Assembly (NCBI GenBank): GCA_965214935.1 | Contig: CBDCCS010000022.1 | Coordinates: 320,001-384,000, forward strand | Source of the DNA: Candidatus Velthaea sp. | GTDB lineage: Bacteria > Vulcanimicrobiota > Vulcanimicrobiia > Vulcanimicrobiales > Vulcanimicrobiaceae | Direction: 5' to 3' | Length of the DNA stretch: 64,000 nt | In this document: positions 1 through 9,609 of the stretch, piece by piece | Position numbering within the stretch: position 1 is the stretch's first letter | Layout of the letters: the number at the start of each line of letters is the position of its first letter | Made by a program: the position numbers and the translations under genes | The notes under the pieces: generated by a model | Database searches by the model: none | The model's input: only the letters and a program-made list of their open reading frames with translations | Told to the model about the DNA's origin: nothing

Positions 1-828
1 TGCGGCGATCCGTACGCCGCTGATGAAGGCTTGCCGGTGTCCGCCGATGATCTTCGAGACCGCCGCATTTGAGGTTTGCAATTGTTCGACGGCTTTGCCG
101 TGCATCCCCAGATCGACGGCGTACACACCGGGCAGAACGCCGACGAGGATGAGCATGATGAGCCCCATGCCTTTTTGCCCATCATTCGATCCATGCGCGA
201 AACTGACGCCGGTGCACGTCAAGAAAAGTAATATCCGCACCGGAAGCGGCGGCGCCTGGCCCGCCGGCGGTTCTTTGAACAACGCCGGATATTTGATGAG
301 AACCTTGGCCAGCAGTAAGAGCGCGCCGGCAACGAAGAACCCGATGAGCGGCGAGATCAGGAGCGCCGCGACCGTGTCTTGGACTTTGCCCCAATTAACG
401 CCGTCGCCAAAGATATGACCGGGTGCAATCACCGAATTCATCAGACCGACACCGAGAATCGAACCGATCAGCGTATGCGAGCTCGATGCGGGCAAACCGC
501 GCCACCAAGTACCGAGATTCCAAATAATCGCCGAGATGAGCATGGCGAAAACCATCGCGTAGCCCGGTCCGGAACCGGCATGGATGACGAGCTCGACCGG
601 CAAGAGCGCGACGATGCCGAAGGCGACCGCGCCGCTCGAAACGAGCACGCCGAGCAAGTTCATCAAACCGGACCAAATGACGGCCGGTGTCGCCGGTAAC
701 GTCCGTGTATAGATGACCGTCGCAACTGCGTTTGCCGTGTCGTGAAAGCCATTCACGAACTCGAAAGCAAAAGCAAGTAAGAGCGCCGCACAAAGTCCGA
801 TAAGACTCAGCGTTGTCAGATCTTCCAT
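1..828 (-). CDS. pitA: Inorganic phosphate transporter (PiT family), runs off the window start
   Basis: Manual translation from ATG at 828 gives MEDLTTLSLIGLCAALLLAFAFEFVNGFHDTANAVATVIYT...GLPASSSH...FAHGSNDGQK, containing both PiT signature motifs. It is absent from the ORF track because it has no stop in the window. Confidence 0.93.
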   Translation of the reverse strand, partial: MEDLTTLSLIGLCAALLLAFAFEFVNGFHDTANAVATVIYTRTLPATPAVIWSGLMNLLGVLVSSGAVAFGIVALLPVELVIHAGSGPGYAMVFAMLISAIIWNLGTWWRGLPASSSHTLIGSILGVGLMNSVIAPGHIFGDGVNWGKVQDTVAALLISPLIGFFVAGALLLLAKVLIKYPALFKEPPAGQAPPLPVRILLFLTCTGVSFAHGSNDGQKGMGLIMLILVGVLPGVYAVDLGMHGKAVEQLQTSNAAVSKIIGGHRQAFISGVRIAA

Positions 829-892
829 TGCGCATACTGTGACGGTGCAACGTTAAGTGGATGTTAAGACGCGCCCACCGCCTCCCGGAGCA

Positions 893-1537
893 TCAAGCAC
901 CGGTCGAAGGTGCAGATTGCTCTTGTACGTTCGGACCGAGCGGGGGCAGCGAGCCGGTCTTGCGCGCCAGCCGCCGAACGGAATCATCCGTATCCGCGAG
1001 CTCGAATGACGCCAGTGGCACCCATGCAACCGCGTGCGACTCGTCGCTTACGACGAGCGGATCGCTGCGAGCAGCAATGAATGCGAAGCGCACGTCATAA
1101 TGCTTGTGCGCCGGCTCGCCGGGTCGCGCGGGGATGACGTGTACGTCGACATCGTAAATGTCATCCGACGCCGAGCGTATTGCCGTCAGACCTGATTCTT
1201 CATGCGCCTCGCGCCGTGCGACGCGCCGAACGTCGCCGTCGCCGTCGGCATGGCCGCCGAGTTGCAGCCAGCGGCCGAGTTTCCGATGATGGGTCAGCAA
1301 CGCATGCGTGCGATCTTCATCGATTACCCAAGCCGAAGCGGTAACGTGGCCGGCGCGGGTTGTCCGCTCGAAACAGCCGGCGTTCGCTTCGACAAAGCCG
1401 GCAAGCTCGGCGACCATCGCGGCTTCGCGTTTGTCCGCTGCGCGATAACGCGCCAAATCCGCGAGCAGCGACGCGCGGCTCAGCGCTGCTCGCTCACGCC
1501 GGCACCTTCGCGACCCCATGCGACGGCGGCAGAACAT
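893..1537 (-). CDS. NUDIX hydrolase (true start probably near 1480)
   Basis: GHVTASAW, LLTHHRKLGRWLQLGGHADGD...RREAHEESGL (Nudix box variant) and HKHYDVRF. Confidence 0.9.
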   Translation of the reverse strand: MFCRRRMGSRRCRRERAALSRASLLADLARYRAADKREAAMVAELAGFVEANAGCFERTTRAGHVTASAWVIDEDRTHALLTHHRKLGRWLQLGGHADGDGDVRRVARREAHEESGLTAIRSASDDIYDVDVHVIPARPGEPAHKHYDVRFAFIAARSDPLVVSDESHAVAWVPLASFELADTDDSVRRLARKTGSLPPLGPNVQEQSAPSTGA

Positions 1538-1709
1538 CGACGATGTCTTCGATCGTCAACGCAACGCCGAGCCGCTCGTTCTGCAGCGACACCGAGGTCG
1601 CCGACTCGCTAAGCACCTCGGTGGCAAAGACGCCCTCGAAGGCAACACCATCGTAGAGGTAGACGCGTACCGGGCGACCACGGTATCGCGAGAGATCGCG
1701 TGGCTTCAT
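1494..1709 (-). CDS. Small 71-aa protein, putative Sm/Hfq-like beta-barrel
   Basis: Pattern GRPVRVYLYDGVAFEG...LTIEDIVDV; clear paralog at 25144-25374; -10 box just upstream. Confidence 0.7.
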   Translation of the reverse strand: MKPRDLSRYRGRPVRVYLYDGVAFEGVFATEVLSESATSVSLQNERLGVALTIEDIVDVLPPSHGVAKVPA

Positions 1710-1716
1710 ACTTAAA

Positions 1717-1722
1717 AGTATA
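1717..1722 (-). promoter_or_regulatory. Sigma70-type -10 element TATACT, probable leaderless transcript
   Basis: Minus strand reads TATACT-TTTAAGT-ATG(1709), a 7-nt spacer with no Shine-Dalgarno. Confidence 0.6.
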
Positions 1723-1759
1723 GCGGGTTGATTCGGTAGCCGCGGTCACAGCGATTCTG

Positions 1760-3661
1760 TCAATTTGCGGTTACACGTAGCGTCCAGGCCGGCTCCGCAC
1801 TGCGTGCGATAACGCGCTTGCCGCGCAGAACGTTGGCCGTTCGAAGCGTCGAACCGTCGATGGGAATGATGCCGATCGATTCGGCGCCGTCGACAAACGC
1901 ATAACCCGCCGTCACCGACACGGGCAACGCTTCGAGAAACGTCCCGGTGAACTCGGTATGACCGGCAGGGGCTTGGAAGACGGGTTTACGGTGGATCTTC
2001 GTTAGCCGGGCGCTGACGGCAGCCAGCTCTTTGGCGGCGCGCGCTTGTACCGACGGTACCGCAACTCGGATGCTTGCCTCCGGTGCGTGTAACTCGCCGG
2101 CATTACCCACCAGCCGGGTGAGTGCACGCGGCACTTGCTTCATGCCGGTACCGAGCTTAACCGGCTCGTTGACGATGCCGGCCAGACCGGCGTGACCGCC
2201 CGTGGCTACGAACGAGCTTACCAGCGGCTCGCGAAAATCAGTCAAATCGAGAACGGCTTGCGCGCGAGTAACCGCGACGTACGCGAGGTGCAGCTCTGCC
2301 CGATCGACAGTGGCTCTGGCCGATGATGCCGATTCTTTGGTTGCAAACGGCCGGAAATCGCCGGCAATCCGAACGCGCACGCCCTGCCGGCCCTTGAAAG
2401 CATGGGCGGTCGAGACGATAACGTCGGCTTGCTCCTGCGGCACAACTTGGCCGTGCAACGTCGACAGCAGATCGGGAACGCGATCGCCGAAGCGTTCGAC
2501 GAGCGCGACGGCAATCTTAAAAGTCTGCACATTCTTTTTTTCCGCGTACCACTTGAGGGTTTGAAACGAGGAAAACTTTGCCAGCCGTGGCGGGCGACCA
2601 CCTTCGCGTAGCGCATAGACGTCGGCGGCCAGCGCGCCGAGATGTTGCAGCCGTCCGGCCTCAAGCGTGCCCACAATCGCAACTTTGCGCCCGCGGGTAT
2701 GCTCGCCGAGCGCCGTATCGAGCACCTGTTGCTGCGAACGGGTAAGGACGACGGCCGGCTCGGGACACTGCTCGTGCGTAATCACGACGCGGTCGGCCTT
2801 GCGCGGTACGACACGAATCGGAAAGTGGCGTCCGTCGGCGTCGAGGATGCGGTCGGCCAGCGCCGCAATATGCGGTCCAAACCGAAAGCTCGTCGTCAAC
2901 GGATAAATCGCCATATCGTCAAGATATGAGAACGCGTTTGTCGCGCCGCGAAATTCGTAAATCGCCTGAGCCGGATCGCCCATGTAAATTTGCTGCGTCT
3001 TTGCTTGGGCGCGCGCGGTGCCGAACATCGAACCGCTGCAATCTTGACATTCATCGTACAAGATGACGTCGAAGCCGAGATGCGGATGCTCGTGCTCGGT
3101 TTGCAGAACGAAGAACAGCTTGACGTACAGGTCGTGGTCGCCGGAATGGACGGCGCGTTGCGCGGCGATCTCCGACCATATTGCGCGAGCATACGGCAGC
3201 GCTTCGGGGTCGTTCGCGGCGCTTAATCGCGCGCTGCGATCGAAACAGAACGCTTCAAGCACGTCGCCGACGCGTGCCGCAAGCAGTTCGCGCTCGTCGG
3301 TAATTTCGCCGCGCCGTGGCGGCAGCTGTAATTGCATACGGATACGCGACTCGAGCGTCGGCACCGTATCATCGATCTGCACGGTGTACCGTTCGACGAG
3401 CATTCGGCGCGCGAACGCATGCGCGGTAGCGACTTTCGTCGTAGCGGGAAACCGGGCTCTGCCTTCACGCACGATATCGCGGTTGAAAGCCAGATACAGC
3501 ACGCGCTTGCCTTCAAGTTCCGTTCCGATCGCGCGTAACGTCGTTGTCTTTCCGGCACCGGCGTAGGCACGAACGGCGAACGTCTCACCAAGCCGAGCCG
3601 CTTGCAAAATTTCGCGCTGCTCGTCGGTTCGGTCGAAGTTCGCCAAAGCCAAAATTGCCAC
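1760..3661 (-). CDS. Superfamily 1 UvrD/REP-like DNA helicase with extra C-terminal domain
   Basis: Motifs AYAGAGKTT, LYLAFNR, ILYDECQD, GDPAQAIYEFRGA, LTTSFRFG, STAHAFKG, YVAVTRA. Start moved to GTG 3661 (or TTG 3646) because the longer ORF overlaps the tRNA. Confidence 0.9.
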   Translation of the reverse strand: MAILALANFDRTDEQREILQAARLGETFAVRAYAGAGKTTTLRAIGTELEGKRVLYLAFNRDIVREGRARFPATTKVATAHAFARRMLVERYTVQIDDTVPTLESRIRMQLQLPPRRGEITDERELLAARVGDVLEAFCFDRSARLSAANDPEALPYARAIWSEIAAQRAVHSGDHDLYVKLFFVLQTEHEHPHLGFDVILYDECQDCSGSMFGTARAQAKTQQIYMGDPAQAIYEFRGATNAFSYLDDMAIYPLTTSFRFGPHIAALADRILDADGRHFPIRVVPRKADRVVITHEQCPEPAVVLTRSQQQVLDTALGEHTRGRKVAIVGTLEAGRLQHLGALAADVYALREGGRPPRLAKFSSFQTLKWYAEKKNVQTFKIAVALVERFGDRVPDLLSTLHGQVVPQEQADVIVSTAHAFKGRQGVRVRIAGDFRPFATKESASSARATVDRAELHLAYVAVTRAQAVLDLTDFREPLVSSFVATGGHAGLAGIVNEPVKLGTGMKQVPRALTRLVGNAGELHAPEASIRVAVPSVQARAAKELAAVSARLTKIHRKPVFQAPAGHTEFTGTFLEALPVSVTAGYAFVDGAESIGIIPIDGSTLRTANVLRGKRVIARSAEPAWTLRVTAN

Positions 3662-3726
3662 GCGTGCGCATTCGACATCAGAACGGGGAAGGCCCCATTC
3701 GCGCGATTTTTGAACACCGTTTTGTC

Positions 3727-3813
3727 GGAGAGTTGGCTGAGCGGTCGAAAGCGACGGTCTTGAAAACCGTAAGCCCGGCAACGGGCTCCAGGGTTCGAAT
3801 CCCTGACTCTCCT
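3727..3813 (+). tRNA. tRNA-Ser(TGA)
   Basis: Acceptor stem GGAGAGT/ACTCTCC, anticodon arm ACGGT-CTTGAAA-ACCGT, long variable arm AGCCCG-GCAA-CGGGCT, T arm CAGGG-TTCGAAT-CCCTG. CCA is not encoded. Confidence 0.97.
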
Positions 3814-3854
3814 CGCTATCGTAAGCGACGGTTGCACGATGCTCCTTACCTGAC

Positions 3855-5102
3855 TCAATGCGTCTTCGTGCCGAGGCGGCGGAGGCTTGGGTGTTGTTAG
3901 CGGATCGAGTGTCCCCCAATGAAATTGCTTCGTTGACGGGTCATAAGCCGAAAAGAGTATTTGCCCTCGATTATTCACTGCTAAAAACGAGAAGTCCGTG
4001 AGCGGTGTCGCTTCAGAAAGTGTCGGTGAGAATGCACGTGTTCCGGTCAGGGGATCGTATAAAAAGTAGCCCTGACTCGATGTCGCACAATTGGTTGTAC
4101 TACCTAAAATCGTGCCGTTATCATTAAGGTTTAACAACTGATAATTCGTGCAGCTGCTGCCTGGAATCGTCGGCACTTCGGTTAGCTTTCTGGTCGCGAG
4201 CGCATCGATAAACGCGACCGTCGGTCTGACTGCCCGATGCGGAATAGCCGAATGCGACTTGATCGGCATTGTTGATATCTTCACTATCGACTTGCGACGG
4301 TGTTTCCGCTAGCACGCGCGGAGACGCCGGCTGCCCGGCTTTGTAGATCGAGAGCTGGGTCGTGCGTAGATCTAGGCCCAGAACGAGACCGGCATCATTG
4401 AGCTGACCCGAATGGAACGCCGTATTACTTTGAGTGCTAGAGAAACAGCCTGCCGGACACGTGAATTGAACGAGCTTGAGATCCGTTGATGTGGTGGTTG
4501 TCGACAGCGGAAGGGCATACGGGTCGACCCCGTCGGGCTGAGAGCCTTCGTTTGTGTAAATGCCGGTTATTGCGCCGGAACTATTCACGCCGAAGAGCCT
4601 CGACGGATATTCGACGTATTGGTGAAAGCTTAGCGCCTGCGGCGACACAATCGCTGCGAAACCGACGACGAATTCTGAAAACCGCCACTTGGTGTTGCCG
4701 ACGATGGAAAACGCGCCGGTTTTCGGATTCACGTCAGACAACGACGTGGGCTGACAAAATGGCGCCGCTGACGGTGTCACATCAATGAAGTGCCCGGCAT
4801 TATACAAAAAACAAGCATACCGGCGCGGCTCGAGCACCTCCGCCACGATCTGTCCAGTATTGTTGAATGCGACAAGATGGGGCATTCGTATACTCAGGGT
4901 GACCGATCGTCGGGTTGCCGACATCATTGATCCGATAATAATTCTCGCGGAACCCGAAATCACCGTGCCGGACGGTAAGCCGTGGTAATATCGGTCGCTT
5001 GACGGTGCTTTGTCGAACGCTTACCGTACGTCTCGCGTCGGCCGAACTTGACGCCGTGAGAAGTAGCGTTGCAATAAGTGAACCTGCGAGGAAACGATTC
5101 AT
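3855..5102 (-). pseudogene. Frameshifted secreted beta-repeat (HAF-like) protein, paralog of 5136-6320
   Basis: Signal peptide MNRFLAGSLIATLLLTASSSADA from 5102. Homology to the neighbour continues across three frames (ORFs 4800-5132, 4124-4963, 3223-4284) with shifts near 4880 and 4210. The 3' end is approximate. Confidence 0.75.
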
Positions 5103-5135
5103 CGCATGAACTCCGTGCATCGATATCATCAAGGC

Positions 5136-6320
5136 TTAGCGCAGCAATCCGCGCGTTACCGATTGCGCCGAGAATCCCGGAGGATCGAGCGTTCCCCAAT
5201 CGTATGCGTTCGTGCTTGTATTGTGAGCCCCAAAGAGCAGTTGCCCGCGATCGTTTAGAGCAAAAATCGTTAAATTCTGTAGATTCGCCGGCCGCGGTAT
5301 CTGCGGCATGATCGAGCGGGTGCCATGCACCCGAACGTTGATGAAATAGGCAGAGTTTTTCGTTTGATCCGAACAATTGTCCGCGTAGCCTAAGATGCTG
5401 CCGTTGCTTGTGATATTGATCGAATACTCGTAGGAGCATCCAGGTAAATTCGGTATAAAACGCGAGTTAGCCGATGCGATCGCATAAATGTACGGACTCC
5501 CGTCGGCTGTAACATAGAGCAATTCTCCGACGTCGTCGATTGCAAGGACGGTCGACCCGGCCGGAATTTTGACGGCAATCGCCTTTGCGCGCGGACTTCC
5601 GATTGCAACAATCGCCGGCATACCGTTTTGGTCAATTCCGATGACAAATCCAGCGCTGCTTACCGACTGAGAAAGAAACGGCGAACTAAAGGGGATTCTT
5701 GGTGTGAAGGCGCTCGTATAGACGCAACCCGGCAGAATTTGCTGACAATCAGGTTCAAGTGGGACGAGAGTCGGATTGGCCGTCGTCGCCGTATAGTTCG
5801 TCAGCAAATTAAAGGTTGACGGATGTATTGCATCCGCAATCGTCGTTACGACGATCCGCCCACGGCCGTCTATTCCGAAGACGGCCGACGGCGAGTATCC
5901 CTTATAAACATGGTATGATGGCGCACCTGGGCCAAGTTGAGCGACAAATCCGACCGCGACGTCGGGAACGAGGCCATCAAGCGGATAATCCGCGATGCCG
6001 ACGAGGGCATAGCGTCCGGTCTTTGGATCCGCATCGGAAATCGCCTTAGGCAAACAAGACGTTACCAACGGCGAAGCGGAAGCCGTTACGTCGAAGAACG
6101 TGTTGCCGGTATAAACGACGCAATAATAATAGTCTTCATTTAAATTGGGCTGAGTGTACTCGCCGTAGATCTGTCCGGTATTGTTGAATCCGGCCGGGAT
6201 AACCGGATAGGCGCTACTTGAGTCGTATTTCGGCGGGCTGCCGATGTCATGGATGCTATACGACGTTGAGATCCGCGGGCCAAGGGTGGACGTATCGATT
6301 GCCGGCCTTCGCGGAATCAT
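5136..6320 (-). CDS. Extracellular beta-repeat (HAF-like) protein, N-terminus/signal peptide apparently damaged
   Basis: Repeated N-x-x-G-x-I/L units (FNNTGQI, IDGRGRI, IDDVGEL, ITSNGSI, LNDRGQL) and terminal WGTLDP shared with the downstream paralog. Confidence 0.7.
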   Translation of the reverse strand: MIPRRPAIDTSTLGPRISTSYSIHDIGSPPKYDSSSAYPVIPAGFNNTGQIYGEYTQPNLNEDYYYCVVYTGNTFFDVTASASPLVTSCLPKAISDADPKTGRYALVGIADYPLDGLVPDVAVGFVAQLGPGAPSYHVYKGYSPSAVFGIDGRGRIVVTTIADAIHPSTFNLLTNYTATTANPTLVPLEPDCQQILPGCVYTSAFTPRIPFSSPFLSQSVSSAGFVIGIDQNGMPAIVAIGSPRAKAIAVKIPAGSTVLAIDDVGELLYVTADGSPYIYAIASANSRFIPNLPGCSYEYSINITSNGSILGYADNCSDQTKNSAYFINVRVHGTRSIMPQIPRPANLQNLTIFALNDRGQLLFGAHNTSTNAYDWGTLDPPGFSAQSVTRGLLR

Positions 6321-6728
6321 GACATGCGTGGCAAGGATCGCAGACTTTGCCGAGCGCCTTCATGAATCGAAAGCGACATCAGGAGACGGCGTTTGATTCG
6401 CACATCCATACCAGCTCGGTAAGCGCTTAGTTCTATTGCTTTTTGTTCGGCTCGCTTTGCTGACTATCAGAAACAGATCAAGCCGCCTTTACGTTTTTCT
6501 TGTTCGCAACGAGCAACGATCGAATGACTCAAGCGGGACGACCGAATGCACGAAGTTACCGCAACGTCATCAAACGCGCTTGTAATCAACGTAGTGAACG
6601 GGCGCAAACCATCTCGACGCGTATCAATCGATGCGCGATTGAAAACGGTGCGGTTCCCGTATCATCAGCGAAGCGAGATTCGCCCGTAGGCAAAAGGTTC
6701 GCAAGATTGTTGCGCAAAGTGCTGCAGC

Positions 6729-7517
6729 ATGCCGCCGGATGCCGTTTCTGTACCACTGCTCGAAGCGCGCGGCATTGCCAAAACCTTCGGCCGCGTGACG
6801 GCGCTCAGCGATGCAACGTTCGTTGCCTACGCCGGCGAAGTTTCGGCGATCGTCGGCGATAATGGCGCCGGCAAGTCGACGTTCATCAAGATCCTCTCCG
6901 GTGCGCTCAAGCCGGACGGCGGCGAACTGCTGCTCGCCGGACAGCCGCTGCACCTCACATCACCGCAAGACGCGCGCGACCACGGTATCGAGACCGTGTA
7001 TCAGGATCTTGCACTTGCGCCCGCACTCGATGTCGCATCGAATCTCTTTCTCGGGCGTGAGGCTCGGCTTCCCGGTCTGTTGGGCCGGCTGGGCTTTCTC
7101 GACGATGCGCTGATGCGAAAACGCGCCCGCCAAGAGATCGAGGATCTGCAAGTCGGATTATCGTCGGTGCAGCAACCCGTGTTTACGTTGTCGGGCGGTC
7201 AACGTCAGGCGATCGCCGTTGCCCGCGCGACCGCGTGGGGCAAGCAAATCGTCATCATGGACGAGCCGACCGCCGCGCTCGGCGTACGCGAATCGGGGAT
7301 GGTGCTTAAGCTTATCAACCGGATTAAGAGCGCCGGCATCGCCGTCGTCATGATCAGTCATAGCATGCCTGAAGTGTTCGAGGTTGCAGATCGCATTACG
7401 ATCCTGCGCTTAGGCCGGACGGTACGGCAAATGCGGCGAGCGGAGACGTCGATGACCGATGTCGTCGCGTTTATGACCGGTGCATCGGTCGAACACGTTG
7501 CCGAGATGGAGCGCTGA
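6729..7517 (+). CDS. Sugar ABC transporter ATP-binding protein
   Basis: GDNGAGKST, YQDLAL, LSGGQRQ, IMDEPTAALG. Confidence 0.95.
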   Translation: MPPDAVSVPLLEARGIAKTFGRVTALSDATFVAYAGEVSAIVGDNGAGKSTFIKILSGALKPDGGELLLAGQPLHLTSPQDARDHGIETVYQDLALAPALDVASNLFLGREARLPGLLGRLGFLDDALMRKRARQEIEDLQVGLSSVQQPVFTLSGGQRQAIAVARATAWGKQIVIMDEPTAALGVRESGMVLKLINRIKSAGIAVVMISHSMPEVFEVADRITILRLGRTVRQMRRAETSMTDVVAFMTGASVEHVAEMER

Positions 7518-7518
7518 G

Positions 7519-8577
7519 ATGAGCGAAGCGATCAGCGCGCGTCCGCCGGCCGGCCGGTCCCGGCCGCGCAACATGCTGGCCCGCTCGACGAATCTCTACA
7601 TCCTCATCGTGCTGCTCGCACTCGTGGCATTCTTTAGCATCATCAGCCCGAACCACGCGTTCTTCGATCGCAGTAATTTCATCAACATCGCCTGGGACAG
7701 CGCCGAAATCTTGCTTTTGGCCATCGGCGAAACGTTCGTCATCATCACGGCCGGGATCGATCTTTCCGTCGGTACCGTGCTGATGTTTTCGGGCGTGGTC
7801 GCATCGTGGGTGATCGCGCAAACCGGTGGACCGCCGGCGCAAGTCTCGAGCGGTCACTTCACCCAGGCGGCGACGGCGATCCCGCTCGGCATTCTCGCGG
7901 GTATTGCCGTTGGAACGCTGGGCGGATTTATCAACGGTAATCTCGTGACGCGTCTCAAGATGCCGGCCTTCATCGTGACCCTCGGCTTATTTAGTATTGC
8001 GAACGGTTTCGGCGATCTCGTCAGTTCGGGTGGGGCCGCCGGCCAGTCGGCGATTCCGCCGATCCCGGACAGCTTCGCTAACACGTTGGGCAACGGCAAC
8101 CTCTTTCTGGGCTTGCCGACGCTCGTCGTGATTGCCGCCGTCGTTGCGGTGTTCACCCATATCGTTCTCACGCGCACGATCTTCGGCCGCCGCACGTTTG
8201 CCGTCGGCAGCAACCTCGAAGGCTCGCGGCTGGCCGGCGTACCGGTCAACGCGCACCTCATCGCGGTGTATACGTTCGCAGGCTGCCTATCGGGGTTAGC
8301 CGGCGTTTTGGATCTCGCGCGTTTTCATTCGACCGACATTCAAGGCCACAGTCTGGATAATCTCGATGCGATCGCGGCGGTCGTCATCGGCGGCACCAGT
8401 TTGTTCGGCGGTACCGGGTCGATCGTCGGCACGGTGATCGGCGCCTTTATTCCGACCGTTCTACGATATGGCTTTACCATTCAAGGCATCTCGTCGTTTT
8501 GGCAAGATGTCGTTGTCGGCGCCATCATCATCGTCGCCGTACTTTTCGACCAGATCCGGCGCCGGCGCGTTACGTAG
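7519..8577 (+). CDS. Sugar ABC transporter permease (RbsC-like)
   Basis: IITAGIDLSVG, PAFIVTLG, LDAIAAVVIGGTSLFGG; multiple TM segments. Confidence 0.95.
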   Translation: MSEAISARPPAGRSRPRNMLARSTNLYILIVLLALVAFFSIISPNHAFFDRSNFINIAWDSAEILLLAIGETFVIITAGIDLSVGTVLMFSGVVASWVIAQTGGPPAQVSSGHFTQAATAIPLGILAGIAVGTLGGFINGNLVTRLKMPAFIVTLGLFSIANGFGDLVSSGGAAGQSAIPPIPDSFANTLGNGNLFLGLPTLVVIAAVVAVFTHIVLTRTIFGRRTFAVGSNLEGSRLAGVPVNAHLIAVYTFAGCLSGLAGVLDLARFHSTDIQGHSLDNLDAIAAVVIGGTSLFGGTGSIVGTVIGAFIPTVLRYGFTIQGISSFWQDVVVGAIIIVAVLFDQIRRRRVT

Positions 8578-8618
8578 CGCGGCGCACGTCCACTTCGGCT
8601 TAGAGGAGAGTAACTCAA

Positions 8619-9593
8619 ATGCTCAAGCGCAAAATCTTTGTCACCGCGGTCGCCGCTACCGTCGCGCTGGCCGGTTCATCGGTACCGCGCGCGATCCCGC
8701 ACGCTGCGGCTGCCGGTCCGTACAAAATCGTCCTGATTGCCGGCATTGCGTCCGATGCGTTTTACATAACAATGAACCACGGCGCTCAGGCCGAAGCGCA
8801 AAAACAGGGTGCGACCGTCCAATTCAGCGGCTCCCCGGCGGCGTTCAGCCCCTCAACGCAGTTGCCGTATCTCAATGCGGCGTTGGCGCAAAAACCCGAT
8901 CTCATTCTCATCGCACCGACCGACAAAGTCGCCTTGCAAGCGCCGATCGCTCGCGCCGTAGCGGCACACATCCCGGTCATTCTCGTCGACACCACGCTCG
9001 GCGATCCGTCGATCGCAATCACCACCATCTCATCCGACAATGTGGCGGGCGGACAGAAAGTCGCCGACGCGTTAGCCGGCGCCACCGGTAAAAAGGGCGA
9101 TGTTGCGGTCGTGAGCGTGTCGCCCGGCGTAAGCACCACCGACGAGCGGGTCGAAGGCTTCAACAAGCAACTAGCAACGTATACCGCGATGAAAAGTCTC
9201 GGGGTGACGTTCACGGGCGATAATCCGACGCGCGCCAACACGGTCACCAAAGGTTTGGTAGCGGCGCATAAGGACTTAGCGGGCGTGTTCGCAACCAACG
9301 TCGTCACCGGCGGCGGCGTAACGTCGGCCGCCCGCGAACTCGGCCTTTCGGGCAAACTCAAACTCGTTGAGTTCGATGCCGAACCGGCCCAAGTCGAAGC
9401 GGTGAAAGCCGGCACGATCTCGGCGCTCGTCGCGCAAGATCCGTATCACATCGGTGAACTCGCCGTGCGTTACGGCGTGCAGTATCTCAAAGGCAAACAC
9501 GACTTTAAGAAACATTACGGAACCGGCGAAGCCATCATCACCAAAGATAACGTCGACAGCCCTGCGGTGAAAGACTACCTCTACTCAAAATAG
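8619..9593 (+). CDS. Sugar ABC transporter substrate-binding protein (RbsB-like)
   Basis: Signal peptide, GAGGAG RBS, IPVILVD, SDNVAGG, VAQDPYHIG. Confidence 0.93.
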   Translation: MLKRKIFVTAVAATVALAGSSVPRAIPHAAAAGPYKIVLIAGIASDAFYITMNHGAQAEAQKQGATVQFSGSPAAFSPSTQLPYLNAALAQKPDLILIAPTDKVALQAPIARAVAAHIPVILVDTTLGDPSIAITTISSDNVAGGQKVADALAGATGKKGDVAVVSVSPGVSTTDERVEGFNKQLATYTAMKSLGVTFTGDNPTRANTVTKGLVAAHKDLAGVFATNVVTGGGVTSAARELGLSGKLKLVEFDAEPAQVEAVKAGTISALVAQDPYHIGELAVRYGVQYLKGKHDFKKHYGTGEAIITKDNVDSPAVKDYLYSK

Positions 9594-9609
9594 CCCGATC
9601 CGGCTCCGG

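Noticed and set aside
3662..3919. N-terminal extension of the 719-aa helicase ORF and the tail of ORF 3223-4284
   Set aside because: Both run through the tRNA-Ser gene on the opposite strand; these are ORF-calling artefacts.
3800..4080. Possible att duplication of the tRNA 3' end (CCCTGACTC near 4070) and U73 discriminator
   Set aside because: The match is only 9 bp, lies inside a coding remnant, and there is no integrase. U73 occurs in some bacterial tRNA-Ser genes.
6640..6725. LacI-type operator upstream of the sugar ABC operon (TGAAAACG, TTGCGCAA)
   Set aside because: Only half-sites or a short palindrome, with no adjacent LacI gene.
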